Origin: Pseudothioglobus sp. nBUS_23
GTDB lineage: Bacteria; Pseudomonadota; Gammaproteobacteria; PS1; Pseudothioglobaceae
Length of the DNA stretch: 32,000 nucleotides
Assembly: GCF_051201565.1 (NCBI RefSeq)
Contig: NZ_CP179200.1
Location: 1,410,001 to 1,442,000 of the forward strand
Reading direction: 5' to 3'
In this document: one piece after another, positions 14,140 through 24,205 of the stretch
Layout of the letters: every line of letters starts with the position of its first letter
Numbering within the stretch: position 1 is the stretch's first letter
Program-made: the position numbers and the translations under genes
Notes under the pieces: generated by a model
What the model was told of the DNA's origin: nothing
Databases searched by the model: none
The model's input: only the letters and a program-made list of their open reading frames with translations

Positions 14140-16083
14140 TCAAATTGATAGGAGCTCTTCACGGTTTTTAAAAAACTCTAAAGCCTCAGGGTTTGCAAGC
14201 GACTCCTTGTTTTTAATTTCAAGCCCATGCACTATATCACGAACCGAAATCTCTACGATTTTTCCGGACTTTGTTCTTGGAATATCACCCACTTCTAAAA
14301 TCTTTGCTGGAACATGTCTTGGTGTGCACTCTGTGCGGATAACCAACTTAATCTCCTGAATGAGACTATCCGTCAGCTCTTGCCCCTCTCGCATCTTCAC
14401 AAAAAGTACTACACGAACATCATTTTTCCATTCCTGCCCAATCACAATACTCTCAAGTACCGCCTCAATTTTATCTACTTGACGGTAAATCTCGGCAGTA
14501 CCGATGCGAACACCTCCAGGGTTTAGAACCGCATCCGAACGCCCATAAATCACAACGCCGCCATTTTTAGTAATTTCCGCAAAATCTCCGTGAGCCCATA
14601 CACCTTCAAAATGCTCATAGTAGGCTGAATAATACTTCTGGCCTCCTTCATCTCTCCAAAAAAAGACCGGACGAGATGGAAATGATTGTGCGCAAATGAG
14701 CTCACCACGCTCTTGACGAACGGATTCGCCTTCATCATTCCAAACTTGCACATCCATGCCAAGCCCTGGCGCTTGTATTTCACCTCGATAGACCGGGAGC
14801 GTCGGAACGCCCAAAACAAAGCATGAGACAATATCTGTGCCTCCAGAAATGGATGCGAGATGAAGATCATCTTTAATCTCAGAATACACAAAATCATAAC
14901 CTTCTGCAGAAAGCGGAGACCCCGTCGAGGCCATACCTCGCAGCGCTTCAAGATTGCGTCCAGACTTAGGAGAGAAGCCTACTTTTTGGAGTGCCTCAAT
15001 ATATTTTGCTGAAGTTCCAAATAATGTAAATTTTTCAGCCTCTGCAAAGTCCCAAAGTGCTTTTGCTCCTGGATAAAAAGGTGATCCATCATAAAGCATT
15101 ACCGTAGCCTTACTCGCTAAAGCTGAAACCAACCAGTTCCACATCATCCATGAACAGGTCGTGAAATAAAATACGCGATCATCTTTACGAATATCTGCAT
15201 GAAGCTGTTGCTCTTTTAGATGCTGTAAAAGTGTACCTCCATGGCCATGAACGATGCACTTTGGCGCTCCAGTTGTCCCAGAGGAGTAGAGGATGTAAAG
15301 AGGGTGATCAAAAGGGACTTGTTTAAACTCAACTTCCTTATCGGGAAGATTTGATGTTATCTCTAAAAGAGTTGAGCAGTTTTCTATATCTCCCGTGTAT
15401 GTTTGAATATATTCAATCATTACGACCTTCTCTACCGAAGGCAATTCATCTAGAAATGACTTAACTCTCTCAATTGTGTCATGTGCCTTTCCATTGTAAT
15501 AATAGCCATCAACAACGAAGATCATCTTAGGCTCGATCTGCCCAAAACGATCCAAGACTCCTTGCTTACCAAAATCGGGGGAGCAGCTCGACCAAATCGC
15601 TCCAATTGAAGTTGTTGCGAGCATCCCAATGATTGCTGCCGGGTGATTAGGAAGAAAAGCTGCAACTCGATCACCTGGCCCAACACCACAACTTCTCATG
15701 TGAGATTGAACTTTAGCAACCTGCAAATATAGATCAGAAAAAGAAAGGCGTAATTCAATCTTATTCTCTCCACGAAAGACGATTGCGTCTTTCTCATCTC
15801 GACGCGATAACATAGTTTCAGCGAAATTTAATTTCGCTTCAGGAAACCACTGGGTATCAACCATCGATTCTCCCACTCGCTCAGGCCCAGAAAAGTCACC
15901 AACTGCGCCGCAATAATCTGCACACATTCGCCAAAAATTATCTGAGTGGTCAATAGAAAACTGATGCAAATCCCAATAGTTTGATAGCTTTAAGCCTCGC
16001 TCCTGGTTCACAAAACTGATGAATTTTGTGACATTCGCGTTTAGAATTTGCGACTCATTTGGCTTCCAGATTGGTGAACTCAA
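14140..16083 (-). CDS. Acetoacetyl-CoA synthetase (acetoacetate-CoA ligase; ANL adenylate-forming superfamily)
   Basis: 647 aa. It has the AMP-binding motif YSSGTTGAPKCIVH, a C-terminal PRTKSGKI, and an N-terminus (PIWKPNES...FI.F) like known acetoacetyl-CoA synthetases as I recall them. The start is TTG at 16083, 5 nt downstream of a strong SD (GAGGAGG). Confidence 0.75.
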   Translation of the reverse strand: MSSPIWKPNESQILNANVTKFISFVNQERGLKLSNYWDLHQFSIDHSDNFWRMCADYCGAVGDFSGPERVGESMVDTQWFPEAKLNFAETMLSRRDEKDAIVFRGENKIELRLSFSDLYLQVAKVQSHMRSCGVGPGDRVAAFLPNHPAAIIGMLATTSIGAIWSSCSPDFGKQGVLDRFGQIEPKMIFVVDGYYYNGKAHDTIERVKSFLDELPSVEKVVMIEYIQTYTGDIENCSTLLEITSNLPDKEVEFKQVPFDHPLYILYSSGTTGAPKCIVHGHGGTLLQHLKEQQLHADIRKDDRVFYFTTCSWMMWNWLVSALASKATVMLYDGSPFYPGAKALWDFAEAEKFTLFGTSAKYIEALQKVGFSPKSGRNLEALRGMASTGSPLSAEGYDFVYSEIKDDLHLASISGGTDIVSCFVLGVPTLPVYRGEIQAPGLGMDVQVWNDEGESVRQERGELICAQSFPSRPVFFWRDEGGQKYYSAYYEHFEGVWAHGDFAEITKNGGVVIYGRSDAVLNPGGVRIGTAEIYRQVDKIEAVLESIVIGQEWKNDVRVVLFVKMREGQELTDSLIQEIKLVIRTECTPRHVPAKILEVGDIPRTKSGKIVEISVRDIVHGLEIKNKESLANPEALEFFKNREELLSI

Positions 16084-16115
16084 TCATTCCTCCTCAAACA
16101 ATACCGACAGATGTT

Positions 16116-16982
16116 TTAATTATACTTTTTACCCCAGCGCTCTAGTGAAATGGTTGCAATAAAGATGATAAACATACCAACCCACTGACTCATTCCAAGA
16201 GCATCCTGGAGAAGCATAACACCTAACAGTATGGTAAATACTGGCTCTAAATACATTACGTTTGATGTTCTAACAGGTCCAATGAGAGAGATTGATTTAA
16301 AGAAAAAATAGAATCCCCCACTCATACCCATTGCCGAAAGAATACTCCACATGAGCATCTCTGAGGATACTGAAGAAATTGGATCTGAAGTCACAATAAA
16401 ATAGACAGACACAAATATTAGTGCTGGCAAAACAGTAATGTATTTCACAAGTCCCCATCCCGATTCAACACTTTCATGCCTCGATAGAATGTTGACTGTG
16501 ACCTGAGCACATGAGGCCACAAGCCCCCAAAAAACACCCCATAAATTCCAATCACTTGAATCACCCTGAACCAGAACCCAAATTCCAAAGAGAGAAACCA
16601 GGAGCGCCGCAACAGATAAAAGATCGATGGATCGACTTTTGATTAACGAATTTACAAAAAAAGTAATGATAGGAAACGTATAAATCACCACTACAGCAAG
16701 ACTCAACGGTATCAACTTAATTGAGTACATGTAAGAAGAAATAAAGAGGGCCTGGAAAAGACTTATTAAGATGAGTCTAGTATGAGCTGATCTACTTTTA
16801 GATTTCTTGGGAGACTTATTTAGGATGCTTGCAAAAATAAAGGTGCTGACATAACGAACAGAGAGAAGAAGGAATACAGTTCCTCCGACTCCATAAAAGT
16901 AAGGGACTACAGTAGCAGCAAGAGAGAAAAAGAATGCTGCTAATATTGCCGTGACAACGCTTGCCGATAGATTATTGGACAC
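16116..16982 (-). CDS. DMT-superfamily (EamA-like) 10-TM transporter
   Basis: 288 aa, highly hydrophobic, with a duplicated 5-TM EamA-like layout. GTG start and no SD, so the start is uncertain. Confidence 0.65.
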   Translation of the reverse strand: MSNNLSASVVTAILAAFFFSLAATVVPYFYGVGGTVFLLLSVRYVSTFIFASILNKSPKKSKSRSAHTRLILISLFQALFISSYMYSIKLIPLSLAVVVIYTFPIITFFVNSLIKSRSIDLLSVAALLVSLFGIWVLVQGDSSDWNLWGVFWGLVASCAQVTVNILSRHESVESGWGLVKYITVLPALIFVSVYFIVTSDPISSVSSEMLMWSILSAMGMSGGFYFFFKSISLIGPVRTSNVMYLEPVFTILLGVMLLQDALGMSQWVGMFIIFIATISLERWGKKYN

Positions 16983-17060
16983 AGTCAGTTAAGAATCAAA
17001 AATGATAAGAGCCTGCATTTTAAGTCTCTTAAAGAGAGTCCGTCAAGGAATAAATTTAAT

Positions 17061-17771
17061 TTAACCCTGAATCCTTCTCATTATTGATTCAGGATCGTTG
17101 GTGGTAATTGAAATTGACCCCCACTCAATTAACCGTAAAGCGACATCAGCATCATCTATCGTCCAGGAGTGATACTCTAAGCCTGCATCAATCACTTTAT
17201 CGACAAATAATTTTGAAGATTCATTGTTGGTTGAGATTCCATTCGCATTTATCTCTAAAGCCTCGTCAATTAACTCATCAAAATCTCGACCATCTTCGCA
17301 TGAATAGAGAAAAAATGCCTTGTAAACTGGATTTAAATCCTTTACCGTTTTTATGACTTCAGAATTAAATGAAATAATTACTATTTGATCAGCATTCATT
17401 TTGGATTTAGATAGCTGACTCAATAGCGGAGAGATAATTTCAGGGCCACACTTGATTTCAATGAAAATTTTCTGTCCTTTTGGAACAGTTTCTAACACCT
17501 CAGACATTGTCGGAATTTTTAGATTGAGATTAGAGTCTCCTTTATAGCTCAGCTCTAATGCTTTTAAATCTTTAAGAGTGGAGTGACGGATGATTGCCTT
17601 AGTCTTGCAGACTCTTTCAGTATCCTCATCATGAATACAAACAATTTCACCATCTTTAGTTAGATGGAAGTCGCCTTCGATTCCATCTACGCCAAGCTGC
17701 CAAGACGCCTCGAAGGCTGGCAGTGAGTTTTCAGGGAATGTAAATGAGACTCCGCGATGCGCAATAATCAT
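17061..17771 (-). CDS. Glycerophosphodiester phosphodiesterase (cytoplasmic UgpQ-type)
   Basis: 236 aa. IAHRGVSFTFPENSLPAFEAS...GVDGIEGDFHLTKDGEIVCIHDEDTERV matches the GDPD active-site pattern (HRG..PEN...AF, E.D, HD). No signal peptide. Confidence 0.8.
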   Translation of the reverse strand: MIIAHRGVSFTFPENSLPAFEASWQLGVDGIEGDFHLTKDGEIVCIHDEDTERVCKTKAIIRHSTLKDLKALELSYKGDSNLNLKIPTMSEVLETVPKGQKIFIEIKCGPEIISPLLSQLSKSKMNADQIVIISFNSEVIKTVKDLNPVYKAFFLYSCEDGRDFDELIDEALEINANGISTNNESSKLFVDKVIDAGLEYHSWTIDDADVALRLIEWGSISITTNDPESIMRRIQG

Positions 17772-17811
17772 AAAGCCATTCTACAGAAAATGTAATAAAA
17801 ACCTAGCCCAC

Positions 17812-19260
17812 TTAAAACAGTGAAACAGACAGATTCATCCAATAGCTAGGCATCAAACCAATTATTAAAATGAGTACACCGTTGATAGATAAGACGACTT
17901 TTAGATCTATTGGCGCTGAAACAACAATGTCTTTATCTGCATCATCAAAGTACATTGTTTTAATAATTTGCAAATAGTAGTAGGCACTGATGACTGCAAA
18001 AATAACCGCGATGACAGCAAGAATGACGTAACCCTCGGATACCACTTGCTGAAGAATAAATAGTTTTGAATAAAAACCAATAAATGGGGGCACTCCAGCC
18101 ATTGAGAGCATCACAGCAAGCATGATTAAAGCAAACCAAGGCGAATGTTTACTGAGCCCTCTAAAGTCTGAAATTTGGTCTGCTTCAAAGCCACTTCGAT
18201 TTAATACAATGATCGATCCAAAGGCAGCCAAACTCATCAGTATATAAGCGAATACATAAAAAATAGCTGACCCATAGCCCTCTAAAACACCAGTGACAAA
18301 TCCAAGAAGCACAAATCCAATGTGGGATATCGTTGAATACGCGAGCATTCTCTTTATATTCACTTGCGTCAGCGCAACTAATGAGCCAACTGCAATTGAG
18401 AGAACAGCTAGAATCATAAATAGGTCCGCCCAGTAGTGCTGGAAATCACTCAAGCCATCAATCAAGAGACGAACTAATAGAGCTACAGCAGCTATCTTTG
18501 GAACCGTTGATAAAAACATAGTGACCGAGGTTGGTGAACCTTGATAGACATCTGGAACCCACATATGAAAAGGCACCGCACCAAGCTTGAATGCCACTCC
18601 AATGACTAGGAAAACGAGACCAAAATTGAGAATCAGTGTCTCTTGAGGCTCTAGAGTAGCAAGACTTGCAAAGCTAGCTATCTGAGCAATATCAAGGTTA
18701 CCAGTTATTCCATAAATCATTGACATGCCATAGAGCAATAGGCCTGATGCTATGGCACCTAGCACAAAATATTTAAGTGCGGCCTCTATCGCAAAAGCTC
18801 TGTCTCTTGCAGTTGCTATAAGCGCATACAGGGATAAGGACATAATCTCTAGCCCAAGATATAAAGTCAGAAGGCTGTGCCCAGATACCATGACAAGCAT
18901 CCCTAAAATTGACATCAGCGCAAGAATAAAATACTCGTTTCTTAGAAGGCCATGAACACTCAGATAGTGCCGCGAATAAACCAGTGCAATCATTGAAAAA
19001 CCAGCTATAAAGACTTTAAAGGTAGACCCCAAGGTGTCTAGCACGAAGGTTCCTGAGAATATAGTTGCACTCTCTCCAATTAAGTTAAATGCCAACAAGC
19101 CAGCTATTAAAAGGGCTAGTTGAGAGAGATGGTAAGTAAACTTTTTAAGCTCTTCCTTTACATATAAATCAAACAAAAGAATACATGAGATTGCTGCCAA
19201 CAAAAATAGCTCAGGCATCAAAAACATTAGCTCTGAAACATTGAAGTTAAAATTCATCAT
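17812..19260 (-). CDS. nuoN: NADH-quinone oxidoreductase subunit N
   Basis: This 482-aa polytopic antiporter-like protein is the last gene of the nuo array. Its start overlaps the nuoM stop by 4 nt (ATGA). Confidence 0.9.
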   Translation of the reverse strand: MMNFNFNVSELMFLMPELFLLAAISCILLFDLYVKEELKKFTYHLSQLALLIAGLLAFNLIGESATIFSGTFVLDTLGSTFKVFIAGFSMIALVYSRHYLSVHGLLRNEYFILALMSILGMLVMVSGHSLLTLYLGLEIMSLSLYALIATARDRAFAIEAALKYFVLGAIASGLLLYGMSMIYGITGNLDIAQIASFASLATLEPQETLILNFGLVFLVIGVAFKLGAVPFHMWVPDVYQGSPTSVTMFLSTVPKIAAVALLVRLLIDGLSDFQHYWADLFMILAVLSIAVGSLVALTQVNIKRMLAYSTISHIGFVLLGFVTGVLEGYGSAIFYVFAYILMSLAAFGSIIVLNRSGFEADQISDFRGLSKHSPWFALIMLAVMLSMAGVPPFIGFYSKLFILQQVVSEGYVILAVIAVIFAVISAYYYLQIIKTMYFDDADKDIVVSAPIDLKVVLSINGVLILIIGLMPSYWMNLSVSLF

Positions 19261-20804
19261 AACATGCCCGGGATTTTAGTTGTAAGTGCCTGCTCTAGAA
19301 GATTCGCTATACTCACGTGCATCACTTCAATGACTGGCTGGGGATAGATTCCCATCCATAAAACTGCCACTGCAAGCACTGCAAGAATACCAAACTCTCT
19401 AGCATTAATATCGTTCAGTTTACTAACTTCAGGATTGATGACTGGACCCCAAAAGACACGTTTGACCATCCACAACGTGTAAGCCGCACCGACTATCAAA
19501 GTCATAGCAGCTAAAAATGCATACCAAAAGTTTGCTTGAAGCGCGCCAAGAATAACCATAAATTCACCCACAAATCCGGATGTCCCTGGAAGCCCAGCAT
19601 TTGCCATCGCAAATAGGACAGCAAACCCTGTAAATTTAGGCATTGAATTGACGACGCCTCCGTATGTCGAAATCTCTCTTGAATGCAGTCGATCATAAAG
19701 CACGCCAACCACCAAGAACATTGCGGCAGATATAAAGCCATGAGAAACCATTTGAATCATTGCCCCCTCTAGACCAAGATAGGCACTCTCTATACTTGCA
19801 CCAGCTATCGATATAAGTTCTCCACTTGAATCCATCTTCATAATTGAAAAAAGAGCAAACACACCCAGAGTAACAAATCCCATATGTGATATTGAAGAGT
19901 ACGCGATTAATTTCTTCATGTCTTTTTGAACTAGCGCAACAAAGCCAATATAGACAATCGCAATCAATGAAAGCACGATGACTACAAAAGCAAAATATGA
20001 TGATGCATCTGGCGTTATTGGAAGAGAGAATCTAAAGAATCCATAACCACCCATCTTCAGCATGATTGCAGCTAGGATTACTGAGCCGCCTGTAGGAGCC
20101 TGAACATGAGCATCCGGTAGCCAAGTATGAACTGGAAACATTGGAACTTTAACAGCAAAGGCAAGAAAGAATGCCCAGAAAATCCAGCCCTGCTGAACCA
20201 GTGTCAGTGGCAGAGCGTGCATATCAGAGATTGCGAATGAACCGCCAAGATTGTACATATAGATTAATGAAACCAGCATAAAAACTGACCCCAGAAAGGT
20301 ATACAAAAAGAATTTAATGGCTGCGTAAACTCTGTTTTGACCGCCCCAGACTCCAATAATTAACAGCATTGGAATTAATGACGCCTCCCAAAAAACGTAA
20401 TACAGCATTGAGTCCATCGCCGAGAAAACGCCAATAATGATTCCTTCCATCATTAAAAATGCTGCCATATAGTCGGCTACTCTATTCTGAATAACCTCCC
20501 AGCCTGCAATGATCACCAGTATGGTCGAGAAGGTCGTTAGGATGATCAATGGCATTGAGATTCCATCAACCCCAAGATGATAAAAAATATTGAACTGTGA
20601 TATCCAACTCATTTTCTCAACAAACTGCATTGCTGAAGTTGAGGTATCAAAATCTAAAAAAAGATTGATAGATAGAATAAAAACCAATACTGATATAACA
20701 GCGCTAGCCCACTTTGCCGTCGAACTTCTCTCGTTTCCAATCAAAAGGACCGCTCCACCCCCTAGAATAGGCAGCCAAATTAAAATACTAAGCAATGAAT
20801 CCAT
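19257..20804 (-). CDS. nuoM: NADH-quinone oxidoreductase subunit M
   Basis: 515-aa antiporter-like subunit (WLPDAHVQAPTGGSVILAAIMLKMGGYG motif), in the position expected from operon order. Confidence 0.9.
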   Translation of the reverse strand: MDSLLSILIWLPILGGGAVLLIGNERSSTAKWASAVISVLVFILSINLFLDFDTSTSAMQFVEKMSWISQFNIFYHLGVDGISMPLIILTTFSTILVIIAGWEVIQNRVADYMAAFLMMEGIIIGVFSAMDSMLYYVFWEASLIPMLLIIGVWGGQNRVYAAIKFFLYTFLGSVFMLVSLIYMYNLGGSFAISDMHALPLTLVQQGWIFWAFFLAFAVKVPMFPVHTWLPDAHVQAPTGGSVILAAIMLKMGGYGFFRFSLPITPDASSYFAFVVIVLSLIAIVYIGFVALVQKDMKKLIAYSSISHMGFVTLGVFALFSIMKMDSSGELISIAGASIESAYLGLEGAMIQMVSHGFISAAMFLVVGVLYDRLHSREISTYGGVVNSMPKFTGFAVLFAMANAGLPGTSGFVGEFMVILGALQANFWYAFLAAMTLIVGAAYTLWMVKRVFWGPVINPEVSKLNDINAREFGILAVLAVAVLWMGIYPQPVIEVMHVSIANLLEQALTTKIPGML

Positions 20805-20812
20805 ACCCCTAC

Positions 20813-22774
20813 CTAACTAAAAAATGAATAATCTGAAGCTATGAGAACCCACCCTAGAACAAGCATCAGACTGACAATCATGAAAAATGCATAGTGGTAA
20901 ACATATCCCGTTTGAACTGGTCTAATTAAGACACCTAAGTAGCGCGCAAGTTTTGCACTTCCATTCACAATAACTTTATCAATAAGGGTCATGTCTGAAA
21001 TCTTCCAGAGAAGATTGCCGAGCTTAACCGAGCCCTTAACAAAGACAATATCATTCAATCTGTCAAAACCATAGAGTGAGTTGAGCACATAATTGGTTCT
21101 CTTAAACCTGGATTGAATCTGATCCGCCCAATCCGGTCGATATAGACAAAATACCCATGCTGAAACTGCGCCACCAACCATCATCCAGAATGGTGGGGTC
21201 ACTACTGAATGCGTTAGGAGTGCAAAAGCAGAATAAAAATGATCCTTCAGCTCTGCAAGTGCGTGATGTGAAGAGTCAATAGTAATGGCATTTTCAAGCC
21301 AGCCCCCAAAAAGCATCGGCTCAATTGTCAGGTATCCAATGACCACTGAAGGAATCGCCAGAAGGATCAGTGGAACTGTGATTGAAGAGCCTGTCTCATG
21401 GAGATGCTCTTCAGTATGACTATCCACCCTGGATTCGCCATGAAACACTAAAAACAGAAGTCTCAAGCTATAAAAGGCAGTAATAAAGACGCCTACTAAA
21501 ACTGCTATGTAGGCCCATCCAGCATATGGCAAATCAGAATAATGAACGGCCTCAATAATCATGTCTTTCGAATAAAAGCCTGCAAATCCTGGAAAACCAA
21601 TTAGCGCCAACGTTCCAAGCAAGGAGGTAATGTATGTGATTGGCATTTTTTTTCTGAGTCCACCCATTTTTCTAATATCCTGCTCATGATGAAGAGCTAC
21701 AATAACTGAACCTGCAGCTAAGAAAAGCAGAGCCTTGAAAAATGCATGAGTCATCAAATGAAATATAGCAACAGAGTATGCGCTCACGCCCAGAGCAACA
21801 GTCATATAGCCAAGCTGAGAAAGGGTAGAATAGGCCACCACTCTTTTTATATCGTTTTGGACAATTCCTAGCAAGCCCATAAATAAAGCGGTCACTGCAC
21901 CAATAATCATGACAACCATTAATGCTGTATCACTTAGCTCAAATAAGGGCGACATTCTCGAGACCATAAATATTCCAGCAGTCACCATGGTTGCAGCATG
22001 AATTAAAGCTGATATTGGAGTTGGACCTTCCATTGAGCCTGGAAGCCAGACATGCAGTGGAACTTGAGCTGACTTTCCCATTGCTCCAACAAACAAGAGC
22101 AGACAAACAACGGTAATTGCAGAAAAACCACCAAATAATGTTTGCCCAATAATTTGATCTTTTTGGCTGAACGCTTCGGCATAATCCAGCGTACCAAAAA
22201 ACATAAGAACAAATGCGATACCTAAAAGGAAGCCGAAGTCTCCCACGCGGTTAACAAGGAAAGCTTTTAGATTGGCTTCGATAGCCGATTCTTTGTGGTG
22301 CCAAAACCCAATCAAGAGATAGGACACCAGTCCGACAGCTTCCCAGCCAAAAAATAACTGCATAAAGTTATTTGAGATGACCAGTGTGAACATGGCGAAT
22401 GTAAACAAAGATATATAGCTAAAAAACTTAGTGTAGCCCTTGTCTTCATGCATGTAGCCTATCGTATAGATATGCACCATTAGTGAGACAAAAGAGACAA
22501 CAACGAGCATGATTGAGGTCAGATTATCTACCAAAAACCCAACACTGATATTGAGTCCACCTATCTGCATCCAGGTATAGATATTTTGATTGAAGACATC
22601 CCCATTATTTAAAACATGGTGGTTGAAGACATAAAGCGACAGGACTGTGGATACAGCAACCCCTAAAATTGTGATGGAGTGGGATAGCTTCCTACCCAAT
22701 CTGTTGCCTGCAAGCCCTACGAGGACCGAACCAATAAGGGGTGCTAGAACAATTGTTAAATAGATATTAAGCAT
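20813..22774 (-). CDS. nuoL: NADH-quinone oxidoreductase subunit L
   Basis: About 653 aa, antiporter-like with a long C-terminal extension (WLPGSMEGPTPISALIHAATMVTAG). The ORF track starts at GTG 22777, overlapping the nuoK stop. I prefer the ATG at 22774, which lies 5 nt after GAAGGGA. Confidence 0.9.
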   Translation of the reverse strand: MLNIYLTIVLAPLIGSVLVGLAGNRLGRKLSHSITILGVAVSTVLSLYVFNHHVLNNGDVFNQNIYTWMQIGGLNISVGFLVDNLTSIMLVVVSFVSLMVHIYTIGYMHEDKGYTKFFSYISLFTFAMFTLVISNNFMQLFFGWEAVGLVSYLLIGFWHHKESAIEANLKAFLVNRVGDFGFLLGIAFVLMFFGTLDYAEAFSQKDQIIGQTLFGGFSAITVVCLLLFVGAMGKSAQVPLHVWLPGSMEGPTPISALIHAATMVTAGIFMVSRMSPLFELSDTALMVVMIIGAVTALFMGLLGIVQNDIKRVVAYSTLSQLGYMTVALGVSAYSVAIFHLMTHAFFKALLFLAAGSVIVALHHEQDIRKMGGLRKKMPITYITSLLGTLALIGFPGFAGFYSKDMIIEAVHYSDLPYAGWAYIAVLVGVFITAFYSLRLLFLVFHGESRVDSHTEEHLHETGSSITVPLILLAIPSVVIGYLTIEPMLFGGWLENAITIDSSHHALAELKDHFYSAFALLTHSVVTPPFWMMVGGAVSAWVFCLYRPDWADQIQSRFKRTNYVLNSLYGFDRLNDIVFVKGSVKLGNLLWKISDMTLIDKVIVNGSAKLARYLGVLIRPVQTGYVYHYAFFMIVSLMLVLGWVLIASDYSFFS

Positions 22775-22776
22775 CA

Positions 22777-23082
22777 CTATCCCTTCAAAGTGTTAGTTAC
22801 ATCAATATCAATTGAGCCTCGATTTCTATACATCAAAGTCAAAATCGCAAGACCAATAGCGACCTCTGCGGCGGCAACAGTCAAGATAAAGAATACAAAG
22901 ATTTGTCCAGCTAGATCAGAGCTGTAGAATGAGAAAGCAATAAAGTTGGTATTAACGGCTGCCAAAATTAACTCGACACACATCAAAATCATTATGATGT
23001 TGGTTCTGTTTATAAAAATACCAGCTAAACCAATACAAAAGACGATAGAGCTAAGAATCAAATAGTCTGATAAAGCGATCAT
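22777..23082 (-). CDS. nuoK: NADH-quinone oxidoreductase subunit K
   Basis: 101 aa with 3 TM segments, in the expected operon position. It overlaps nuoJ by 4 nt. Confidence 0.9.
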   Translation of the reverse strand: MIALSDYLILSSIVFCIGLAGIFINRTNIIMILMCVELILAAVNTNFIAFSFYSSDLAGQIFVFFILTVAAAEVAIGLAILTLMYRNRGSIDIDVTNTLKG

Positions 23083-23693
23083 TTGTTCTCCTTAGTTGAA
23101 TCTTTGTTAATTGAAGCAAATCTCATCCTGTCCTTGGCTTGAACATTGATTTGTTCAGAGATGTTCTGTTTTTTGCTATTGACTTGAGTTCTGTGAACTA
23201 AAGTAATTGCTGCGATAATGGCAATAAGCAACAGAACAGCTGCCAACTCAAATGGATAAACATAGACTGTGTAGAGCTGCTGAGCGATTGCAGTAATATT
23301 ACTGTATGAAGGTCCATGCTGCTCTGGCAAGCCTACTGTCTCTAGGTCAAATGGACCCGCGTTAAGAACTAGAGCCATTTGCACGATAACAACTAAAGAC
23401 ACAAAAATCCCTAAAGGCAGGTAGCGAGTAAATTGTGCTCTAAGTGTTGATGCCTCAGTATCAAGCATCTTGATTACAAACATAAACAGAACCATCACAG
23501 CGCCGACATAAATTAGTATGAGTGTAATGGCTAAAAACTCGGCCTCAAGAAGCAGCCATAGGCTTGCAGCGCTAAAGAAAGTTAGAATAAGCCATAGAGC
23601 TGCTTTTGCGGTATTTCTTGAAGTAATCATTACTAACGAGCTGCCTACAAAAAAGAGCGAGAAAACATAAAATAAAATTGATGTAAATTCCAT
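23079..23693 (-). CDS. nuoJ: NADH-quinone oxidoreductase subunit J
   Basis: 204-aa membrane protein in the expected operon position between nuoI and nuoK. Confidence 0.85.
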   Translation of the reverse strand: MEFTSILFYVFSLFFVGSSLVMITSRNTAKAALWLILTFFSAASLWLLLEAEFLAITLILIYVGAVMVLFMFVIKMLDTEASTLRAQFTRYLPLGIFVSLVVIVQMALVLNAGPFDLETVGLPEQHGPSYSNITAIAQQLYTVYVYPFELAAVLLLIAIIAAITLVHRTQVNSKKQNISEQINVQAKDRMRFASINKDSTKENK

Positions 23694-23701
23694 AGCCTTC
23701 C

Positions 23702-24193
23702 TTACCTATACTTCGAATCTTCTTCTTTAGCTTTACTGATTGCACTCTCGTTTTTATCGCCAATCTCTAGCAAGGCCTTTTTATCAATAATGCTACCTTC
23801 TCTTGATTCAAAAGCATAATCAAAAATGTGCGTCTCTACAATCGCATCAACTGGGCAAGCTTCTTCACAAAAACCACAAAAGATGCACTTGAATAAATCG
23901 ATATCATATTGCGTTGTTCTGCGAGTTCCATCCTCCCTCATCTCGGAGTCAATGGTTATTGCATTTGCCGGACAGACGGCCTCACAAAGCTTACAAGCTA
24001 TGCAGCGCTCTTCACCATTTGGATAGCGACGAAGTGCATGAAGACCTCTAAATCGGGGTGAAATCGGGGTCCTCTCTTCAGGAAATTGAACGGTGATTTT
24101 TTTATTCACAAACTCTTTACTGGTCACCTTGAGTCCTGTTCGAAGCTCACCGAGACTAAAGTCATTAACTAATTTCTTTAATTTTTTCTTCAT
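23702..24193 (-). CDS. nuoI: NADH-quinone oxidoreductase subunit I
   Basis: 163 aa with two 4Fe-4S ferredoxin motifs, [12 protein letters not shown] and [12 protein letters not shown]. Confidence 0.93.
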   Translation of the reverse strand: MKKKLKKLVNDFSLGELRTGLKVTSKEFVNKKITVQFPEERTPISPRFRGLHALRRYPNGEERCIACKLCEAVCPANAITIDSEMREDGTRRTTQYDIDLFKCIFCGFCEEACPVDAIVETHIFDYAFESREGSIIDKKALLEIGDKNESAISKAKEEDSKYR

Positions 24194-24205
24194 ATCTCTA
24201 TCTCC

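Noticed and set aside
16983-17060. A short inverted repeat (TCTCTT-T-AAGAGA) between the phosphodiesterase and DMT transporter genes, considered as a possible intrinsic terminator.
   Set aside because: The stem is only 5-6 bp, AT-rich, has essentially no loop and is not followed by a U-tract.
17772-17811. A search for a terminator after the nuo operon (GTGGGCTAGGTTTTTATT on the minus strand).
   Set aside because: The T-run is present, but the preceding GGGCTAGG is not self-complementary beyond the CTAG core, so there is no credible hairpin.
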